DNA of 64,000 bases, taken from assembly GCA_950097015.1 (NCBI GenBank), contig CATNEN010000003.1:14570001-14634000 (forward strand), read 5' to 3'. The translations under genes and the position numbers were made by a program. Under the pieces are notes generated by a model. It saw only the letters and a program-made list of their open reading frames with translations, did no database searches and was not told the origin of the DNA. This DNA is from Macrostomum hystrix (taxonomy: Eukaryota; Animalia; Platyhelminthes). Below, piece by piece: positions 1 to 11,092 of the stretch; the stretch's first letter is position 1, and the number at the start of each line of letters is the position of its first letter.

Positions 1-1080
1 CAGCTCCTCCTACAGGCCTATCTCCATCCTTTCTCCAGCCGCCAAATTGCTGGAAAAGTGCCTGCTGTCCACCTTTCAGAGAGCGCACTCCCGCTCCCCA
101 CCTGGCAGCATGGCTTCCGCGCCGGACACTGCACCGCCACCGCCCTCACCAGCCTCACCAGCTCCATTAGCAACGGCCTTAACCAACCTAAACCTGCTGA
201 GAGGACTCTGCTCGTCGCACTTGACCTGCAAAAAGCGTTCGACAAAGCAAATCACGCCAAGCTCCTCCGGATGCTCTTCAACTCCAGCCTTCCGAAATGC
301 CTCACCAGGTGGCTCAGTGCGTACCTGTGCGGTCGGAGCACGAGAGTCCTCTTCCGCGGCTCGCTCTCCTCGGCCAGGCGTCTCAGAGCGGGCGTGCCTC
401 ATGGAGGGGTTCTGTCCCCGCTCCTCTTTGCCTTCTACATGAGCGACATCCCGGCTCCTCCTGCCCAGATCCAGCTGACTCAATATGCCGACGACCTCAC
501 CGTCTGCACGAGAGGCCCCATTGTCGCCAACCTGGCCACTGTCATCCAACCGTACCTGGACCAGCTGTGACTACCTCTTGAAGAAGGACCTTGCGCTGTC
601 GCCGACCAAGTCCTCCGCTACTTTCTTCACGAGCTCCAACCATGAGTTCAATGCAGCTCCGACGGTTTCTCTCTGTGGAACGCCAGCTTTCCATCGCCCT
701 CCACACCGCTTGCGTGCAGAAACGCCTGCTGGACCGGCAACCTAATCGGGTCCTCGGCGCGCCGCCGCCTGTAATCGACGCCTCCGAGACGCAGTTGCCG
801 CGCTCCGCCCGGGCCACGCTAGCCAAACTCCGGTCGGGTTTCTGCCTTCACCTGGCCAGTTTTAAGCACCGCCTCGACCAGGAGTCGCCTGCGACCTGCC
901 CGCGTTGCCACGGCGAGGAAGAGTCGGTCACGCATCTGTTCGCCTGCCCGGCTCGTCCCACCTCGCTCGTCCCGCGGGATCTCTGGTCCCAGCCCAAGAC
1001 CGTCTGGGGCTTCTTCGCCGAGCTTTTCCCAGGAGCAGGTACTGGCCCTGGCCCGCCGAGCCAAGGTTAACACACACACC
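1..1080 (+). mobile_element. 3' part of a decayed non-LTR retrotransposon (I-group, Ingi/Vingi-like): RT domain plus C-terminal Cys/His finger
   Basis: ORF 58-570 has RT motifs QHGFR, ALDLQKAFD, GVPHGGVLSPLLF and YADD. ORF 591-1070 has LAKLRSG...CPRCHGEEESVTHLFAC. There is a frameshift near 570, an apparent internal deletion, and a short (CA)n tail after the stop. The clade assignment is from recall only. Confidence 0.85.
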
Positions 1081-1113
1081 TTGAGTGGCATTTTCCACCA
1101 CGCCTGGCCGCCT

Positions 1114-1187
1114 CCAAAGATTATTTATAGAGAACTATAAATATTCTTTTATCTTTGGCCGCCTGGTTCTCTATAAATAATCTTTGG
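1114..1187. repeat. Small inverted repeat, 22-bp arms
   Basis: ccaaagattatttatagagaac ... gttctctataaataatctttgg, flanked by repeated ggccgcct. Confidence 0.7.
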
Positions 1188-1316
1188 CCGCCTCCCCATG
1201 ATGTGCAAAAAAGGCCATTTAAAAAAAATCCATTCGATTTCAATTGAAGATACTATAAAAAAATTCGATCGAACGAAATAGATACAAAGAAAAAAGTATA
1301 AAGTTCAATATAAAAC

Positions 1317-1854
1317 ATGTCCAACTCTAACGTTCACTTGGACATCACCGCTGGCGGAAAACCTCTAGGCCGCATCGAGTTCAAACTTTATTACGATGTT
1401 GTGCCAAAGACGGCGGAGAATTTCAGGTGCCTGTGCACTGGAGAAAAAAGAACTGGGGGTATAAGTTTCTATTATCATAGCAGTCTATTATGTCTCTTAA
1501 TGTGGATAAATTTCATTTTTCAAGACCAAGATAAAAAGGTAAAACGTTCAAGCAAATAAGTACCGAGATACGTAAAATTATCCCGTTTTGTGCAAAAAAG
1601 CAAACTATAAATGTTCATCACATTAGCCTACTGCCAGTAGCAGTAGAAGCGAATTATTATAAATTTGATACAGATCGAAAATAATTTTCAGTCGCCGGCC
1701 GGCCATTGCACTTCGATGGCAGCAAGCTCCACCGCATCATTCCGCAGTTCCTGTGTCAGGGCGGCGACTTCACTCGCGGCAACGGCACCGGCGGCGAGTC
1801 CATCTACGGCGAGAAATTCGCCGACGAGAATTTTTATCGCTAAACCATATACTA
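1317..1854 (+). pseudogene. Cyclophilin (PPIase) gene, frameshifted and interrupted by a Penelope-like insertion
   Basis: Exon 1 (1317-~1458) reads [44 protein letters not shown]. After an intron ending ttttcag at 1691, exon 2 reads [46 protein letters not shown], then an extra T causes a stop. No intact C-terminal half was found. Confidence 0.85.
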
Positions 1855-1905
1855 CGAGATAGTTAGCAAAAGAGCAAACGTCAAGACAAACATTTATTAT
1901 TTAAA

Positions 1906-1946
1906 CTGCCGACGCGTTTCGTCCAAAGCGGACATCTTCAGGGCAA
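1906..1946 (-). ncRNA. Inverted copy of the minimal hammerhead ribozyme
   Basis: Exact reverse complement of 2264-2304, within the left inverted arm. Confidence 0.8.
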
Positions 1947-2263
1947 ACGAACCATAAAAAACACACAACACACACATTGTTAGATGTTTGTAACAATGAT
2001 AGAAAACTAAAACTGTTGGAAGCTACGTAAATTAGGAAGTACAATCCTAGCTTAAACATTCAGCTTGTGAGTAAAGGTATGGAGCAACAACTCAGAATTT
2101 TTTGATCTCGATGTACTCGGTGGTGAGGTGGTTGCTCCCTCTTCACTGATTGGTCGTTCAAAAGTTTACAGCATGCTTTTTCGTTCCCTCTGTTTATTTG
2201 TTCGCTCAATATTTTTCGATTTAATTTAAATACATTTTCGGTTGTGTGTTTTTTATGGTTCGT

Positions 2264-2304
2264 TTGCCCTGAAGATGTCCGCTTTGGACGAAACGCGTCG
2301 GCAG
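2264..2304 (+). ncRNA. Minimal type I hammerhead ribozyme (Penelope-type)
   Basis: Helix I UUGCC/GGCAG; core CUGAAGA; stem II GUCC-gcuuu-GGAC; GAAA; palindromic helix III ACGCGU; GUC cleavage triplet ending at 2299. Confidence 0.85.
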
Positions 2305-2489
2305 TTTAAATAATAAATGTTTGTCTTGACGTTTGCTCTTTTGCTAATTTTAAAGCGAGCTACACTACTACCATATACTAGTTAGATTAAATATATTTTT
2401 TCAAACTTATCCTCATAACTCAAAACTGTATTTTCCTTAGGATCAAAATTCTGTTTCATTCACTCTTATCTTCTCATTCACCTTCTCCT

Positions 2490-4003
2490 AATCTCATTCA
2501 CTCTCTGCTATACTATACTCTCATTCACTCTCTCCTACTCTCATTTACTCTCTCCTACTCTCATTCACTCTGTCCTACTCTCATTCACTCTGTCCTACTC
2601 CCATTCACTCTCTCCTACTCTCATTCACTCTGTCCTACTCTCATTCACTCTGTCCTACTCTCATTCACTCTGTCCTACTCTCATTCACTCTCTGCTACTC
2701 TTATTCACTCTCTGCTACTCTTATTCACTCTGTCCTACTCTCACTCACTCTCTCCTACTGTCATTCACTCTCTCCTACTCTCATTCACTCTCTCCTACTC
2801 TCATTCACTCTGTCCTACTCTCATTCACTCTCTCCTACTCTCATTCACTCTGTCCTACTCTCATTCACTCTCTCCGACTCTCATTCACTCTGTGCTACTC
2901 TTATTTACTCTGTGCTACTCTCATTCACTCTGTGCTACTCTCATTTACTCTCTGCTACTCTTATTCACTCTGTCCTACTCTCACTCACTCTCTCCTACTG
3001 TCAATCACTCTCTGCTACTCTCATTCACTCTCTGCTACTCTCATTCACTCTGTCCTACTCTCATTCACTCTGTCCTACTCTCATTCTCTCTGTCCTACTC
3101 TCATTCACTCTCTCCTACTCTCATTCACTCTGTCCTACTCTCATTCACTCTGTCCTACTCTCATTCTCTCATACTCTAATTCACTCTGTCCTACTCTCAT
3201 TCACTCTCTGCTACTCTCATTCACTCTGTCCTACTCTCATTCACTCTCTGCTACTCTTATTCACTCTCTGCTACTCTTATTCACTCTGTCCTACTCTCAC
3301 TCACTCTCTCCTACTGTCATTCACTCTCTCCTACTCTCATTCACTCTCTCCTACTCTCATTCACTCTGTCCTACTCTCATTCACTCTCTCCTACTCTCAT
3401 TCACTCTGTCCTACTCTCATTCACTCTCTCCGACTCTCATTCACTCTGTGCTACTCTTATTTACTCTGTGCTACTCTCATTCACTCTGTGCTACTCTCAT
3501 TTACTCTCTGCTACTCTTATTCACTCTGTCCTACTCTCACTCACTCTCTCCTACTGTCAATCACTCTCTGCTACTCTCATTCACTCTCTGCTACTCTCAT
3601 TCACTCTGTCCTACTCTCATTCACTCTCTGCTACTCTCATTCACTCTGTCCTACTCTCATTCACTCTCTGCTACTCTCATTCACTCTGTCCTACTCTCAT
3701 TCACTCTGTCCTACTCTCATTCTCTCTGTCCTACTCTCATTCACTCTCTCCTACTCTCATTCACTCTGTCCTACTCTCATTCACTCTGTCCTACTCTCAT
3801 TCTCTCATACTCTAATTCACTCTGTCCTACTCTCATTCACTCTCTGCTACTCTCATTCACTCTGTCCTACTCTCATTCACTCTGTCCTACTCTCATTCAC
3901 TCTGTCCTACTCTCATTCACTCTCTCCCACTGTCATTCACTCTGTCCTACTGTCATTCACTCTCTCCTACTCTCATTCACTCTGTCCTACTCTCATTCTC
4001 TCA
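2490..4003. repeat. 20-bp minisatellite (ctctcattcactctgtccta) with a ~576-bp block duplication
   Basis: Direct periodicity; the ORF-track translations starting at 2892 and 3468 recur almost identically. Confidence 0.95.
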
Positions 4004-4559
4004 TACTGTTTTCTTTCTTGAGTAAAGTAGAGTTGAACTTAATTAGCCTGATTAGCTAAATAAAATACTAATGACAATAATCATGAGTTACATGTACTGA
4101 AGTATGGTAAGTGAAACAAGTTTACATTTTTGCATTAGTTAAATTAGAGGCAACTCAGTACATTAGCTGCCTTCTGTAAGTTATAGCTTTTGTTTCAGAT
4201 TAAATTGCTTTTGTATCGACCTTCGCATCAATAAAGGCGGCAGACTTTATATAAAATAATGAAACAAAGGCAATTTTTCCTCTAGTTCATAGCTACTTTA
4301 TCAACCTGGCTGCTACAGGCATGTACTAGTCGTCGCAATTTTTTATTGATTGGGTTTGGGATTAGCTTTTTTATAATAGATCTTCTTTTTGCCTTGAAAT
4401 GAAACGGTCTTTTATGGGATTTATGGGATTAAAATGGACTAAAATGAGAATTACAATGAACTCCCTAATGCTTTTAGGGGATGATAACTTGTTTAGCGTT
4501 TGTCCAGGGGTCATTCTTATTTGATAAAAGTACATCAATGAAGTCATAAAAGTCAAGTC

Positions 4560-4645
4560 GCCGTATATCAATTCACGGTTCGTTTGTCAGGGCGATGAAT
4601 TCACGACGAGTCCATTTCTACTGTCTATGTCCGATGCCAGGCAGT
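4560..4645 (+). pseudogene. Second, highly degraded cyclophilin fragment
   Basis: RFVCQGDEFT (compare [10 protein letters not shown]) followed by PFLLSMSDA (compare cyclophilin LSMANAG). Confidence 0.45.
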
Positions 4646-4726
4646 TGGCTAAACAATTGCGTTGGCCAAAAATAATGATTTGTGAATAAATGGTAGATTT
4701 ACGCACTAGGAAGCCTAGCATAAGTG

Positions 4727-5615
4727 CATTGATTTATGACCAAGTGTGTGTGCGCAAGACCAGCTCCTTCGGCCCATAGACAATACCCGTCTGGGATTTA
4801 CTGCATAGTAGCTCAGAAGAGGGATGGCACGGATTTACCGCACAGTAGCGGAATTTACTGCACACTTCAATCTATTTCTTTGATGGCCTTTGGGCCATAA
4901 ACTATACACGAGCTTGAGACGTTTACGCACACTTGGTTATATGTCAATGGAACTTTACCGGTTTGGTGCCGAGCAAGTTAATGGCGGTCGATCGAGGCGC
5001 GTAGCGCCGAGATCGTAATCGCCATTAACTGCGAGGCAGCCAACCGGTAAAAGCATTATAAGGCTTCAGGCCATAGACAAATCAACTCCCCCTATAACGC
5101 TATCTGGCGGCTGTCGGTCGACAAGCAACGGCGTTATAGGGGGAGTTGATTTGTCTATGGCCTGAAGCCTTATAATGCTTTTACCGGTTGGTAAAATACT
5201 TTAATTGATAATTAAAAGAAACAAATATAAGCGTCTAAATTTTGTCAGCTTCTGGCTCATGGCGGATTGGCGCAGTTTGTGCCATAGACATGCCATTATC
5301 GCTGAGTGATCGTTTATACCATAATACGTTGCTGAAGCCTTATAATGACAGTATATGTATGCGTATTGGACTTTCTGTCGCTTCATGAAGTCAGTCTCAC
5401 TTTTTGCCCGGCGGGCAGAGAGTCTTGATCGTTAATGGCCATAGATGAATTAATGCTCCGTAATTTCTTGCGGGCAGTTAATAGCTATTAACCGCCCGCA
5501 AAAAGGCATCCACCAATAGGAATGGCTTACTTTGGCTAAAATGTCTATGGCACCCCGAAGTGGACACCCCGTCTCTGACTCTGAAAGTGTAGCTTGGGCA
5601 AAAACGTCTATGGTA
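4727..5615. mobile_element. Cluster of nested palindromic/MITE-like non-autonomous elements
   Basis: Imperfect inverted repeat 4727-4750/4926-4949; hairpin 4954-5051; perfect 61-bp arms 5040-5100/5131-5191; ccataga...gtctatgg-bounded unit 5437-5551 with an internal palindrome. Confidence 0.7.
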
Positions 5616-5664
5616 CAATAAAATTGATACCCAAGCTTTGCGGGCGTCATTGAAAAATGACGGC

Positions 5665-5740
5665 ACATCGAAAAGCCATCCGCGTACAGCTGTTCAGTCC
5701 ATGGACTGGAGGCCGTGCCACACCCATGCAAATTACTTCC
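5665..5740 (-). mobile_element. SINE family A internal fragment
   Basis: Homologous to ~28040-28105 and ~59430-59500, including cagtccatggactg. Confidence 0.6.
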
Positions 5741-7357
5741 TGCAACTTTGAGATACTAACTTCAGACCCCTTGTTCAACAGTCCGAAGCTGGAACCATCG
5801 CATAAAAAGGCATTACTTATTACGAATAATAAATTGTTATTCTTGAATTCAATTAAAATCAATCAATCATTTTTGTCGAAACTTTTTTTAGCATCCGGGT
5901 GCTAACGACCAAAAAACTGAATGTACTTTTAAAATTGTAAGCAACAGATTAGTAAAACAAAAGTATAAATTGCTTCTTAAAAGGTGGTGTATATACTCTT
6001 TTCTAATCAGCTTCATAAACTTTATTGTGAGAGAGAATCAAGCTAGCGAAGTCAACCTGCCTACAACTCAGAGACTGCTACTCTTTGAAGATTACGGCCT
6101 AATTAGTAAGGAAAATCGGTAATTTGACAGTGCCAAGTTATACACCGATGAGCGTCACTGCAGAATTGATTAATCGTAAAACTGTGAATCATTTCAGCTA
6201 GATGCTGCATATCTACAAACTGTACTATATGGCAGTTTTATAATTTTTACAGATAAAAATAACTGTGGAACATGAACGCACAGAAAACATTATAGGCTAA
6301 TGGAATTACTATTTTTAAAACAGATCTTTTTCGAAAAAATTTGTTAATCCAAGTTTCTGGTCAAAATCAAATACGACTTTCCACGCTGCCAATCGACGGA
6401 AAAAAAACAAGTTTTTAAAACCAATTTGATTAATTATGTTCCAGCCTGAATGTATAACATGCGGCGAAATTGGTATCGAAGTGGGAACAATCGCTCTGAA
6501 CTATTCGTGCGAATTGTGCTCGAAAATGGTTTGCTTGCCAAACCGCATGGTTGCAATGACAAGATTGGCTCCAATTTTTTAAACTAAACCAATCTCAAAT
6601 TTCGCATTTTACTCGTATAAATGAGGAAGCTTCTGCTGCTGCTGCTGCTGCTACATTAGAATTTTGTGGATAATCCAAAAGTGAAAACCAACAAGAGAGG
6701 ATGCTAAGGCATTAATTATCCCACCGAGCTCGTGTATGGCCTTCTAAAAACTACAGTCCGAAATAGATCCCCTCTTCTCTTCCCATCAGATCCCCGACCT
6801 AAACACTCCCATAGCATGAGGGCAAACATGTTTCCGGTCATCTGTACTCACTTGACTAGCACCATCTTTCTACATTCTGCGAGCTATATATTTATAAAAA
6901 GATGTATGCTTACATTACTATTATACATGCACATACATACTGTACTATTTAGAGAGCGAATCATGGCCATCATTATCATCAGAGATGGCCCATATAAAAA
7001 CACCGCGCGAGAGAGCTGGAGAGAATCATCCGATAAACCACACAGCAACTACTGCCCCCCGTCTCACCTGTCCTCACCCCCATGGAATAGACTGAGCAGA
7101 ACAGTGTTTCTCGATTTTTCTTCTCGCTTCTTTGCCATCTCAAACAAAGAAGATTTGCCAGAGAGAACAGATTGAGAAGCCCATCAACCAATAGGCGCCG
7201 GATTGGTTGATCGATCAGTCAAATCGAGATTCGCCTTCACAATAACCCACCTGCAGGCTTTGCTATGCCAAACAGATAAAATATATAGCGGAACGACAGA
7301 ATATTAAACACATGCAACAGCTGGAAATTCGGAATTGTCAAACAAACGAACGGTTCG

Positions 7358-8818
7358 ATGACCTCGAAGAAGCCAATTAATCATTCTAGAAGCAGCATGG
7401 ACTGTTTCCTGAGTGAACCGGTTTCGCTGCTAATACTCAGCCTTTTGTTGTTGTCTCGAGAAAATTTGTGCAGCGCAGCGGAACTCTCGTGCCTAACGAA
7501 TAGCGCCTGTTCCAGTATAGGCGGCGTTCCAAATCCCGGTTGCCTAGCAACACAAACCTGTCCAAACGGGTGTCGGCTGCGTCGTTACGCTCGACCGCCT
7601 GGCGAACTGTTGGCACTGAGGCTAGACTGCGCCAGCCCTGGCGAGGTGGCCGGTTCTGTGGAAATCCGGTACTGCCGGCATCGCCTGAATTGCAACAGAC
7701 CCGACCGCGACCAGTTTTGGCTTCCGAGCCATCATGTCAAGACAAGCCAAGCGAGACAAGCCTGTCTGGATGGCACCGGCCAGTCGAAGCTCTGCCGTTC
7801 AGGTGAAATGTGCGTGACACTCGACGACAAGCCGGTCGGCTGTCAGGCTGACATGCTGCAGTTGTATGAGCTGCTGAACACGAGCAGCATTGTTAGATAC
7901 TCTGTGACGCATTTAGTTTGTCGCGATCGGTCCATGTGCACCGGTACTGCCGAGATGTTTCTGCCGACAACCGATTCGCCGATGCCAACTACGACGCAGG
8001 CTGAACTAGACGATAAGACATCCTCGGCATCCACCGAGCAGAGCTCAACTAGTAAAAGTTCCGGCTGTCTGCAGAAGCTTCTGCGCTGGGGCGAGGACAC
8101 TAGCGTTAAAGGATCTCGACGAGCCAATGCCAGTCTTCCGGCTGCTGACGACGATCAAGCACTGGCTCTGTGTATGCGGCAGCTCTGGCTTAGTAACAGT
8201 CGGGAATCGAACACTGGCGACGCAGCAGACGGTGTCAACGGTCGCGGCAGGGTCGGTGTCAGCGTCGGCAACGGAGCTGGCGGAGATTCAGCCGGTGGAA
8301 TTCTGTTGAAGGCTCTGACCCTGGCTGTGTGTCTGCTGTGCGCCGTCCTCCTGATTGTCCTAATTCGCAGCCTGTTAACTCGGCGGCGTCGACTTCGGGC
8401 GGCTCGACGAAGGCGACGGAGGCAGCGACAGGAGCTTCAGCAACAGCTGCAGCAGCAGCAGCAGCAGCAGCAGATACAACAGCAGCAGCAGCAGTTTTTG
8501 AACTCTCCGACTGGAAGCGCAATGACAACTTTGACTTTGCCTCGCAGAGCAGTGCAACTTCTGCTGCAATTCGACGAACAGCTTCAATTGCAGCAGCAGC
8601 AGCAGCAGCAGCAGCTTCATCACTGCGCCTCAACAGTGCACTCATCGCCTTGCGCAACAATTCGTCGAGCAGCCTGCCAGGCGCCGCACCTGCTCCTGAC
8701 GCCTGCAGCAACTGCAGCGGCCGCCGTCGCCACAAGTCAGCCAACTTCATCAGCGGGAGCAGCCAACGTCGCTGGCTACGAAGAGGATGTCGATCTGGAC
8801 GAGGACACTTTTGTCTGA
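7358..8818 (+). CDS. Single-exon type I membrane protein: signal peptide, Cys-rich ectodomain, TM helix, polyQ cytoplasmic tail
   Basis: 486-aa ORF with hydrophobic N-terminus (VSLLILSLLLLS), about 16 ectodomain Cys, a Ser/Thr stalk, TM ILLKALTLAVCLLCAVLLIVLI, a polybasic stop-transfer, two polyQ tracts and C-terminal EDTFV. Confidence 0.8.
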   Translation: MTSKKPINHSRSSMDCFLSEPVSLLILSLLLLSRENLCSAAELSCLTNSACSSIGGVPNPGCLATQTCPNGCRLRRYARPPGELLALRLDCASPGEVAGSVEIRYCRHRLNCNRPDRDQFWLPSHHVKTSQARQACLDGTGQSKLCRSGEMCVTLDDKPVGCQADMLQLYELLNTSSIVRYSVTHLVCRDRSMCTGTAEMFLPTTDSPMPTTTQAELDDKTSSASTEQSSTSKSSGCLQKLLRWGEDTSVKGSRRANASLPAADDDQALALCMRQLWLSNSRESNTGDAADGVNGRGRVGVSVGNGAGGDSAGGILLKALTLAVCLLCAVLLIVLIRSLLTRRRRLRAARRRRRRQRQELQQQLQQQQQQQQIQQQQQQFLNSPTGSAMTTLTLPRRAVQLLLQFDEQLQLQQQQQQQQLHHCASTVHSSPCATIRRAACQAPHLLLTPAATAAAAVATSQPTSSAGAANVAGYEEDVDLDEDTFV

Positions 8819-9507
8819 AGCAGTGACAGTTATAATTATTTTTTCGCAATTCCTTAATTTGCTTAGCTACAACATTCGCTACCACTAATAGATTGATAGA
8901 TGCATATATACATCGAATTGTTAGTATTTTGTTATTTTGTTTATTTGATATTTATACACCATCAGCCTAATACATTAATCGTCTTTCCATCAGTTAATTT
9001 TGTTAAAAACCATTTGAAAAGTCTTTAATAGTAGAACGCGAATCATCAATATTGTTTTCAACTCGAACCTTATAATACGATAATGTGCAATTAAGGTTCA
9101 TTAGTATTGTACCTCGGCCTTCAAAAACTGTAGCTTTAAATTGCAATTTTGCAAAGCAATAACTGACACTAAATTTGACAAGTTGGATAGCATCTAAATG
9201 AAAAAATAGATTTGAGTAGTTTAAAAGCAGGATAAACGCGAATCATATTACTTGCACACATGCCTGCCATTAACCAGCTTTGTTGTCCATTTCTTTTTCT
9301 TTACATTTCATTGGCTTCTACCGTACATTCACGTGCTTAGAACTGAAGGTAAATTAAATAGAGGTGTTTCCCATCGTTTCCATGCTTCCAATTTACTAAA
9401 AATAGTAACAACTTGACCTTGTCCAGCGTCACCAAAGTCTGGAAATTTGCTGCAATTCATAGATTGACAATTGGACTGAAAAAAAAGCTAGAAAAAATGG
9501 ATTCTTA

Positions 9508-10362
9508 TACTGTCTAACAAAAGTTCTTGTACGGTTGCTTCTGTTGCCTCTAGTATCCATAATTTCCATCCGATTCAAATGAAAATTAGTGCAAATGAAA
9601 GCTGGGAATCTCTGCAACATTTTCTGTTTCACCGTATTTTTTTTTCTGGAGTGGCTCGGAGCAGCTTGCCGTTTAGCACAGACAGGTCGAATAAAAAAAG
9701 TGACAGAATGACATAGAGCAAGCAGTCTATGGCCAACTTTCTTCACGCGCTGACAAACTCCACAGATGTCTAGGTAGCCTTCTTTGGTCATTGGTGACAG
9801 AATTCGTTGCCGCAAATTTGGTCGCATAGTGCTGAACAGTAGATTTTGGCACGACGAGATGGTTTGCAATCCTGCCAAGCGACCAGACTGCGTCCTCTCG
9901 AAGCGAAACGATTCTCCAACGAATTTCTTGGCTCACAACAGGCATGTCTCTCAGAAAGGGCAAGTTAAGTCATGGAACTTTGCGAGGAAGCACAGGGTTA
10001 TACAGTGTGCGACAGTTTAGGCCATAGACATGTCGCCTGGGGTGAAGAAGTAAAGCAAACCCCACACACAGAGCGATCGATCGACAGAAGGCTTCCTAGA
10101 CATCTGTGGAGTTTGTCAGCGCGTGAAGAAAGTTGGCCATAGACTGCTTGCTCTATGTCATTCTGTCACTTTTTTTATTCGACCTGTCTGTGCTAAACGG
10201 CAAGCTGTTCCGAGCCAGTCCAGAATAAAAAAATACGGTGAAACAGAAAATGTTGCAGAGATTCCCAGCTTTCATTTGCACTAATTTTCATTTGAATCGG
10301 ATGGAAATTATGGATACTAGAGGCAACAGAAGCAACCGTACAAGAACTTTTGTTAGACAGTA
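9508..10362 (-). mobile_element. Internally deleted Tc1/mariner-like DNA transposon with ~280-bp TIRs
   Basis: Near-identical inverted repeats 9505-9783 and 10086-10365 with TA at both ends. The interior encodes an HTH-like transposase N-terminus (EIRWRIVSLRE..WSLGRIANHLVVPKSTVQHY). Confidence 0.8.
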
Positions 10363-10734
10363 TAATATAATCGAAAGTCGTTTAAATCTTTATATTTCAT
10401 AGTATGCTCGCAAATGTAGATAAAAATTCAAAATATACAGAGGTGTAATTCCCCCCTTGACAATTTTTGTTACACCCTTCAACCTTCAACGATTGTTCAG
10501 ACCAAAATGTAACGCTTCGTAGTTAATCCATTAACGGATTAACGACCAGCTAAAAATACTGATTTTATTAACTAGGTAAATAACGGTAGCTTTTTTACGA
10601 TCTTAACGATCTGACGAACTCTGAAGCGAACAAAAAGCAGAAGCTGATATAATTCTATGTTTTTTAATTTCAAGATCATTGTAAATAATTAATAATAGTA
10701 ATGACTGCAGGAGGGCTGTTGGTAACACTAGACC

Positions 10735-10927
10735 CAGCGTGTACATCTGCCCTGACTTTCTCATTGTCAGGTAACTGTACTTTTTCACATTGCATTACAA
10801 ATTGCACGACAAGCCCCCAAGCCTTCTCTCCGCGGCTGCGCCCCAAATGAATGTGGCCTCGCGGCGGAATCGAGCTCAGGGGCCTTGGTGCGAGAGGCAA
10901 ACAAGTTTATCGCTCAGCCATCACCCC
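10735..10927 (-). mobile_element. tRNA-derived SINE family B
   Basis: A-box-like tggctgagcg and B-box-like gctcgattcc; homologous to 54216-54430. Confidence 0.7.
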
Positions 10928-11092
10928 GATTCCTGTGTATATATTAATTTAAGCTGAGATAAAATAGTCTAAGGTGAAAAGTGATTTTAGTTGAATTTAT
11001 AAAACCAATTATCATTATTTCTCTATTTTTAAGAACTCCTATAGGTAGCTGCGACTTTCCCCGTTGATTTCTGCACGCGTGTTATAATAACA

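Larger units (their letters stand above)
1855..2369 (+). mobile_element. 5'-truncated Penelope-like retroelement with inverted pseudo-LTR
   Basis: 107-bp perfect inverted repeats at 1863-1969 and 2241-2347. Bases 1974-2105 translate as TLLDVCNNDRKLKLLEAT*IRKYNPSLNIQLVSKGMEQQLRIF*, matching a GIY-YIG endonuclease C-terminus. An 11-bp direct repeat accatatacta flanks it at 1844-1854 and 2370-2380. Confidence 0.85.

Noticed and set aside
2892-4059. Long Leu/Ser/His-rich ORFs (up to 375 aa)
   Set aside because: Translations of a 20-bp minisatellite that is open in several frames
8259-8885. Poly-Ala ORFs overlapping the membrane protein gene
   Set aside because: Alternative-frame and antisense readings of CAG repeats
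10860-10927. tRNA gene
   Set aside because: Only degenerate A/B boxes, and it continues into a dispersed repeat body; it is a SINE head
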